From the NCBI GenBank assembly GCA_963817955.1, contig CAWFQK010000004.1, positions 1,344,001 to 1,408,000 on the forward strand: 64,000 nucleotides of DNA. Reading direction: 5' to 3'. Position numbers and translations under genes: made by a program. The notes under the pieces were generated by a model. That model ran no database searches. It saw only the letters and a program-made list of their open reading frames with translations, and was not told the origin of the DNA. Numbering within the stretch: position 1 is the stretch's first letter; the number at the start of each line of letters is the position of its first letter. This document shows, in pieces, positions 59,235 through 64,000 of this stretch. The stretch comes from an uncultured Gemmatimonadaceae bacterium (GTDB taxonomy: Bacteria > Gemmatimonadota > Gemmatimonadetes > Gemmatimonadales > Gemmatimonadaceae).

Positions 59235-60071
59235 ATGACTACCCTGACAGTGGCGCTCTTCGTCGCCATCGGTTCGTTCGGCGCCGGTCTACTCGGCGCA
59301 CTCACCGGCCTTGGCGGCGGCATCATTGTCGTGCCGATGCTCACCCTGGTCTTCCACGTCGACATACGGTACGCCATCGGCGCGTCTCTGGTATCGGTCA
59401 TCGGTACCTCGTCCGGCGCGGCGGTCGCCTACGTGCGTGAAGGATTCACCAACGTCCGCGTCGGCATTCTGCTGGAAGTGGGAACGACGCTCGGGGCGCT
59501 GCTGGGTGCCTCGCTGGCGGGGTTCATTCCAACGAGCGCGCTCGCAGTGCTCATGGGGGTGGTACTCCTCTTCACTGCATATCGCTCCATTCAGCCGCGC
59601 GCCGAGCACGCGCTACTCGACACGCCGGACAAGTGGGCAGCGAAGCTGCGCCTCGATTCGACGTATCCAACACTGAACGGACTGCAGCCATACTCCGTGC
59701 AACAGGTGCCGGCCGGCCTGTCTCTCATGTTTCTGGCCGGCATTCTCTCGGCGCTGCTCGGCATCGGGTCGGGGATCATCAAGGTGCTGGCGATGGATCA
59801 GATGATGCGACTGCCATTCAAGGTCTCGACGACGACGAGCAACTTCATGATTGGCGTCACCGCGGCAGCGAGCGCAGGCATCTACCTCCACCGAGGCTAC
59901 ATCGATCCCACACTCGTGTTCCCGGTCATGCTCGGCGTGCTCGGCGGCGCGCTGCTCGGAGCGCGCATTCTCGGGCGCGCCAACACGGGCGTGCTCCGTC
60001 AGATCTTCACGGGCGTCGTGGTGATCATGGCATTGGAGATGTTGTACAAAGGCATCACGGGAGCGGTCTGA
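59235..60071 (+). CDS. TauE/SafE family sulfite exporter
   Basis: GALTGLGGG..VP, LGIGSG..KV.AMD, TTSNFMIGVT. Confidence 0.88.
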   Translation: MTTLTVALFVAIGSFGAGLLGALTGLGGGIIVVPMLTLVFHVDIRYAIGASLVSVIGTSSGAAVAYVREGFTNVRVGILLEVGTTLGALLGASLAGFIPTSALAVLMGVVLLFTAYRSIQPRAEHALLDTPDKWAAKLRLDSTYPTLNGLQPYSVQQVPAGLSLMFLAGILSALLGIGSGIIKVLAMDQMMRLPFKVSTTTSNFMIGVTAAASAGIYLHRGYIDPTLVFPVMLGVLGGALLGARILGRANTGVLRQIFTGVVVIMALEMLYKGITGAV

Positions 60072-60457
60072 TGGCCAACACATCACGGTGGAGCGATCAC
60101 GAGGTGGAGCAGCTCATCAGCCGGTTGCTGCTGGTGGGCGTGATGACGTCGGCCGTCATCGTGCTGATCGGCGGGATTCTCCTGCTGATGCAGCACGGCG
60201 GCGAGGTCGTGTCCTACTCGGTGTTCCACGGACAGCCAGCCGAGCTGCGTTCACTGGCGAGCATCGTCCGCGGCGCCGCCACCATGAACAGCCTGGCGAT
60301 CGTTCAGTTGGGCCTGCTGCTGCTCATCGCCACGCCGGTGGCGCGGGTCGCGTTCACCCTCGTCGCCTTTCTGATCCAGCGCGACCGCATGTATGTAGTA
60401 CTCACGACGATCGTGCTGGCATTGCTTCTTTTCGGACTGATCTTTGGCAAGGCATGA
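60071..60457 (+). CDS. DUF1634 membrane protein
   Basis: GLLLLIATPVARV, RD..Y; follows TauE. Confidence 0.82.
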   Translation: MANTSRWSDHEVEQLISRLLLVGVMTSAVIVLIGGILLLMQHGGEVVSYSVFHGQPAELRSLASIVRGAATMNSLAIVQLGLLLLIATPVARVAFTLVAFLIQRDRMYVVLTTIVLALLLFGLIFGKA

Positions 60458-61152
60458 AGCGTCATCATGCAGTGGTCCGCATCACCCATTGGGTGAATGT
60501 CGTCGCCCTGACGATCATGGTCGGCAGCGGCCTGCGCATCTTCAATGCGTACCCTGCATTCGCCCGGCGCGGTGACACGTTCTGCTGCTACCCGTTCGCC
60601 GGAAAGTCGATTCCCGCCAGCCTGACGTTCGGTGGCTGGCTGGCCGGCGCACGGAACTGGCACTTCGCCATGATGTGGCTGCTCGTTGCCAACGGCCTCG
60701 TGTATCTCGGCTTCATCTATCTCCACGGCGAATGGCGTGACCTGGTGCCGCGCCGCGGTATTGCACGGGATGCCTGGGAGATGGTGCGGTTCTACGTCAC
60801 GGCGCGGAAAGACCATCCGCGACAGGGCAGGTACAATGCACTGCAACGTCTGGCGTATTTCTCCATGCCGGTCGTGGGCGCGCTGGCAGTGCTCACAGGC
60901 ATCGCGATCTGGAAGCCAGTGCAGCTTGCCCCGCTGACCAATGTGTTGGGCGGCTATGTGTGGGCGCGGTACTGGCACTTCTGGGCCATGCTGCTGCTCG
61001 TGGCGCTGACGATCGGCCACGTGTTCATGGTGTTCACTGTCGACCCGTACTCCATTCCCTCGATGATCACCGGCCGCTACCGCGAAGACCGATCGCCGGA
61101 AGCGCGCAACGCGCGGCCGTTCATTCACCTGCGGCCGCGCAGACGAGCATGA
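60454..61152 (+). CDS. Cytochrome b/b6-type membrane subunit
   Basis: RITHWVN, WHFAMMW, YNALQRLAY, ARYWHF, GHV heme His motifs. Confidence 0.85.
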   Translation: MKRHHAVVRITHWVNVVALTIMVGSGLRIFNAYPAFARRGDTFCCYPFAGKSIPASLTFGGWLAGARNWHFAMMWLLVANGLVYLGFIYLHGEWRDLVPRRGIARDAWEMVRFYVTARKDHPRQGRYNALQRLAYFSMPVVGALAVLTGIAIWKPVQLAPLTNVLGGYVWARYWHFWAMLLLVALTIGHVFMVFTVDPYSIPSMITGRYREDRSPEARNARPFIHLRPRRRA

Positions 61153-61925
61153 GACCACGAGACGCCGAGCGGCTGGCCGCTGCTCTCTCGGCGGGACACG
61201 CGGCGGAACGACTGGGACTCGACCGCCGAGGATTCCTGCTGGCGGCCGGCAGCGCCTTTGGCTTACTGCTCGCCGCCGCCTGCGATTCCGAAGGACCACG
61301 ATCGGCGCAGGGCCTTCTTCAATTCGCGATGCGCGAGAACGAAGGCGTGGAGCGCGCGCTGTTCCGGCATACGTCCATCGACACACCACCCCGCGGCGCG
61401 CCGGCGGCCGGGCAGCACTTTCCGTCGTACTTCGTGTCGGACAGCGTGCCAGTGTGGGACGAAGGCGCGCGTGGCGTATGGCGGCTCGAGGTAGACGGCA
61501 TGGTGCGCAAGCCGCTGCGGCTGACGCTCGCCGATCTCGCGTCACTGCCGCGCGTCGGATACAAGCTCGATCACTTTTGCGTCGAGGGGTGGACGGCGGT
61601 CGCCACACGCACCGGTGTTCGTCTGGCCGATCTCGCGCGGCTCGTGGGCGTGCAGCCGGGCGCGAGATACGTGGACTTTACCTCGTTCGACTCGGGCTAT
61701 CACGAAAGCTGGGATATCGAGTCGGCGCTGCACCCTCAAACGCTCGTGGTTTACGCGCAGGACGGCCGGTACCTGAATGCCGCATGGGGAGCGCCGGCAC
61801 GCATCTACTCGCCGGTGAAGCTGGGGTACAAGAACACGAAATACCTGACGCGTATCACGTTCTTGCCGGAGCGTACGGGAGGGTACTGGAGTGATAAGGG
61901 GTACGAATGGTACGGGGGGGTGTGA
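61149..61925 (+). CDS. Molybdopterin-dependent oxidoreductase (sulfite oxidase/MsrP-like)
   Basis: Tat motif RRGFL, HFCVEGW, LHPQT, GAP.R..SP.KLGYK..K, GGYW. Confidence 0.88.
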   Translation: MRPRDAERLAAALSAGHAAERLGLDRRGFLLAAGSAFGLLLAAACDSEGPRSAQGLLQFAMRENEGVERALFRHTSIDTPPRGAPAAGQHFPSYFVSDSVPVWDEGARGVWRLEVDGMVRKPLRLTLADLASLPRVGYKLDHFCVEGWTAVATRTGVRLADLARLVGVQPGARYVDFTSFDSGYHESWDIESALHPQTLVVYAQDGRYLNAAWGAPARIYSPVKLGYKNTKYLTRITFLPERTGGYWSDKGYEWYGGV

Positions 61926-61950
61926 GGCGCGTGGATTGCGGACGATAGTA

Positions 61951-61994
61951 CTGAGCGACGCGTGTCATCCTGAGCGACGCGAAGGATCTCTGTG
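61951..61994. repeat. Solo REP-like unit
   Basis: TGTCATCCTGAGCGACGCGAAGGATCTCTGTG, the same unit as in the MITE. Confidence 0.7.
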
Positions 61995-62180
61995 GGCCGG
62001 CTGGATGTCGCTGGCTGCTCCGTAGCGGTCGGCCCACCGGTCGGCGAGTTTCGAGTTTCCAGTTGCGAGTTGTGCGTTGTGAGTTTCTCGTGTCGCGTGT
62101 CGCGTGTCGCGTATTCCCGAACCTTCGCGAAAATCATTTGTAGAGCCAACGATAGATATCCAGCTAATAGAAGGGGAGGA

Positions 62181-62214
62181 ACGCGAACGGCCGCCCTCGG
62201 GCGGCCGTTCGCGT
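62181..62214. terminator. GC-rich hairpin, probable terminator
   Basis: ACGCGAACGGCCGCC/GGCGGCCGTTCGCGT stem between convergent genes. Confidence 0.6.
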
Positions 62215-62247
62215 GTACTGCGGATTGTGATCTCCTGGTGCGACGAA

Positions 62248-62650
62248 CTACGCGGCCGGCACCTCACTTGCCGGTGGAGGAGTCACCGATGGCGTGGTGG
62301 CTGGTAATGTGGTGACCGGTGGGATGATGACCGGCGACGGCGTCGTCGCAGTCGTCGACCCGATCTTGATGCCGGGTTTGCGCTGGATGCGTTTGGCGGT
62401 CTGCCAGGCGGCGAGCAAGGCCTGGTCGGCGCCGATGAGCGGCAGGAGTTGCGAATCGAGCTGCGCGATAAGATTGGTCGGCAGTCCGCCGTCGATCAGC
62501 ACGGCCTCGTGCCGCCGCGACGCCTCGGCCATTGCCGCCGCCGAAGCGAGCAACGGCTCCGTCGAGACATTGGCTCGCGGCAACGTCAGCGAGCTGAAGT
62601 CGGGGACTGCCTTGAGCCGGATCTTCGCGACCGCCGCGATGCCTTCCGTA
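62248..62650 (-). pseudogene. Remnant of a helical hypothetical protein
   Basis: Protein-like frame (AAVAKIRL...AWQTAKRI, Pro/Thr tail) with no convincing start. Confidence 0.4.
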
Positions 62651-62859
62651 GCATCGTCGAGCCGTTCGGGGCGGCGAACGAGACGGGGCGTGCCGCGACA
62701 AAATCTGCGCTGCGGCGGAGCGTCGCCAAGGTACTGCCTTCACGGTATTTCGTATGGCCTTCATGTGGCCACGGGGACGCTGAAAAAGAGCTGCACCACG
62801 CCGAGCGCCGGATGCGCCGGAGGAAAGAGCGAACAACCGACGTGAGACGTGTCGCGATC

Positions 62860-64000
62860 TCCATCGGAAGCGACGGACTCGTCGTCGGAAGCGACGGAAG
62901 GGTCGTCGGGAGAGACGGAATGGTCGTCGGGAGAGACGGAAGGGTCGTCGGGAGAGACGGAATGGTCGTCAGAACCGACCGAGTCGCCTTCGGAAGAGTT
63001 GGAGTCGCGTTCGGAAGAATCGGAGCCTCGTTCAGACCGGTCGGTGTTTGCGTGAGAAGCGATGGTCTTGCGTGTCACGCGAGGAGTCCGTCCTCGACGC
63101 GAGCGCCTGCGCGCTTCACGATCGGGCGTGGGGCCTGCACAAGAGACGATTCCATCGGCTAGGTCAGCCATCCCTGCTGTTACGTCAGCCATCCCTGCTG
63201 AACGCGAGCGACTGGGTCCTGAACGCCGAGCCATTGCCTGTGGACGCGGACCCATTCCAGGTTGACCAGGATCTATTCCACGTCGACACGGGTCTATTCC
63301 ACGTCAATGCGGGTGAGTCCCTCGTGGCATCGCGCGAGAGAGGCCTCAACGGCCGAGAGTCTGACGTTGACGGCGACGACTCCTCACGTGACGCCCGTCG
63401 ATCCCTCCGGCACGGCGCGCAGTTGGTGGTGAGCACGCGGGCATCCGAGCTGAACGAGCCGGAAAGCCTCCTGGACGACCGCGAGTCCGATGTTGACTGC
63501 GAGGAGTTCGTGCTTGCACGCGAGCCGTTCGTGCTTGACCGCGAGGGGTTCGTGCTTGACCGCGCGCCGTGCCATCTCACCACGGGCGAGTCACCCCTCG
63601 ACACGCGTGGGTTCCCTCTCGACCGGAAGGACTCCGCCCTGACCGAGACGCACTCTCAGGTGGACGTCATGGCATCCCAGCGAACGGAGCGAGGATTGTG
63701 GGTGGACGCGCGGGAGAGGGGTGTTGACGAGAGACGGTCCGATGTGGGGCGAGCGGCATTCGGGCTTGACACCGGGGTGTTCCCTCTTGACCGGAGTGAC
63801 TCCACCCTGAACAGCGGCTGGTGCGAGCTGGACGCGCCGGAGTCCCTGCTCGACCGGCGCTCATTCCGTCTCGACCGCGAGGGATTCCTCCTGCACACGC
63901 GTCAATTCGGTCGAGACAGCGAGGACTTCCACCTTCACACGCGTGAATTCGGTCTCGACCGCGAGGACTTCCACCTGCACACGCGTCAATTCGGTCTCGA
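62860..64000 (+). repeat. 21-bp periodic degenerate repeat region; + frame open from 63072 to the window end
   Basis: Units such as GTCGTCGGGAGAGACGGAAGG and TTCGTGCTTGACCGCGAG; translates as [LV]Dxxx[FS]x heptads. Confidence 0.7.

Overview
High-GC bacterial chromosomal window; the gene content suggests Gemmatimonadota, which is an inference. Positions 1-29.3 kb and 55.2-62 kb hold mostly housekeeping and envelope genes: S41 protease, MATE, pnuC with a NadR-type kinase, Sua5, infA, a TPP riboswitch with a TonB receptor, a PilB/GspE ATPase, glycosidases, an amidase, an L,D-transpeptidase and a TauE/MsrPQ-like operon. A composite MITE-like repeat is scattered through these regions. Positions 29.5-55.05 kb hold a chromosomal integron whose intI reads toward an array of about 16 cassettes. 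About half the cassettes are toxin-antitoxin modules, including a toxin-antitoxin-SecB (TAC) triad. The array is heavily parasitised by IS elements. The main finding is that two unrelated IS110-family elements (3 copies) sit at the attC GTT crossover core. Their 3' non-coding regions carry paired short segments that match the attC core flanks and their own circle junction, consistent with bridge RNAs programmed against attC. An IS1182-family element sits twice immediately after the attC R'' AAC. Other features include a triple-nested IS110>IS256>IS21 insertion, a MITE whose core is inverted in one copy, 32-bp collapsed attC sites, an in-frame TGA at a likely Cys position and a long heptad-periodic open frame at the right edge. 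All family calls come from motif recognition by eye, not from database searches.
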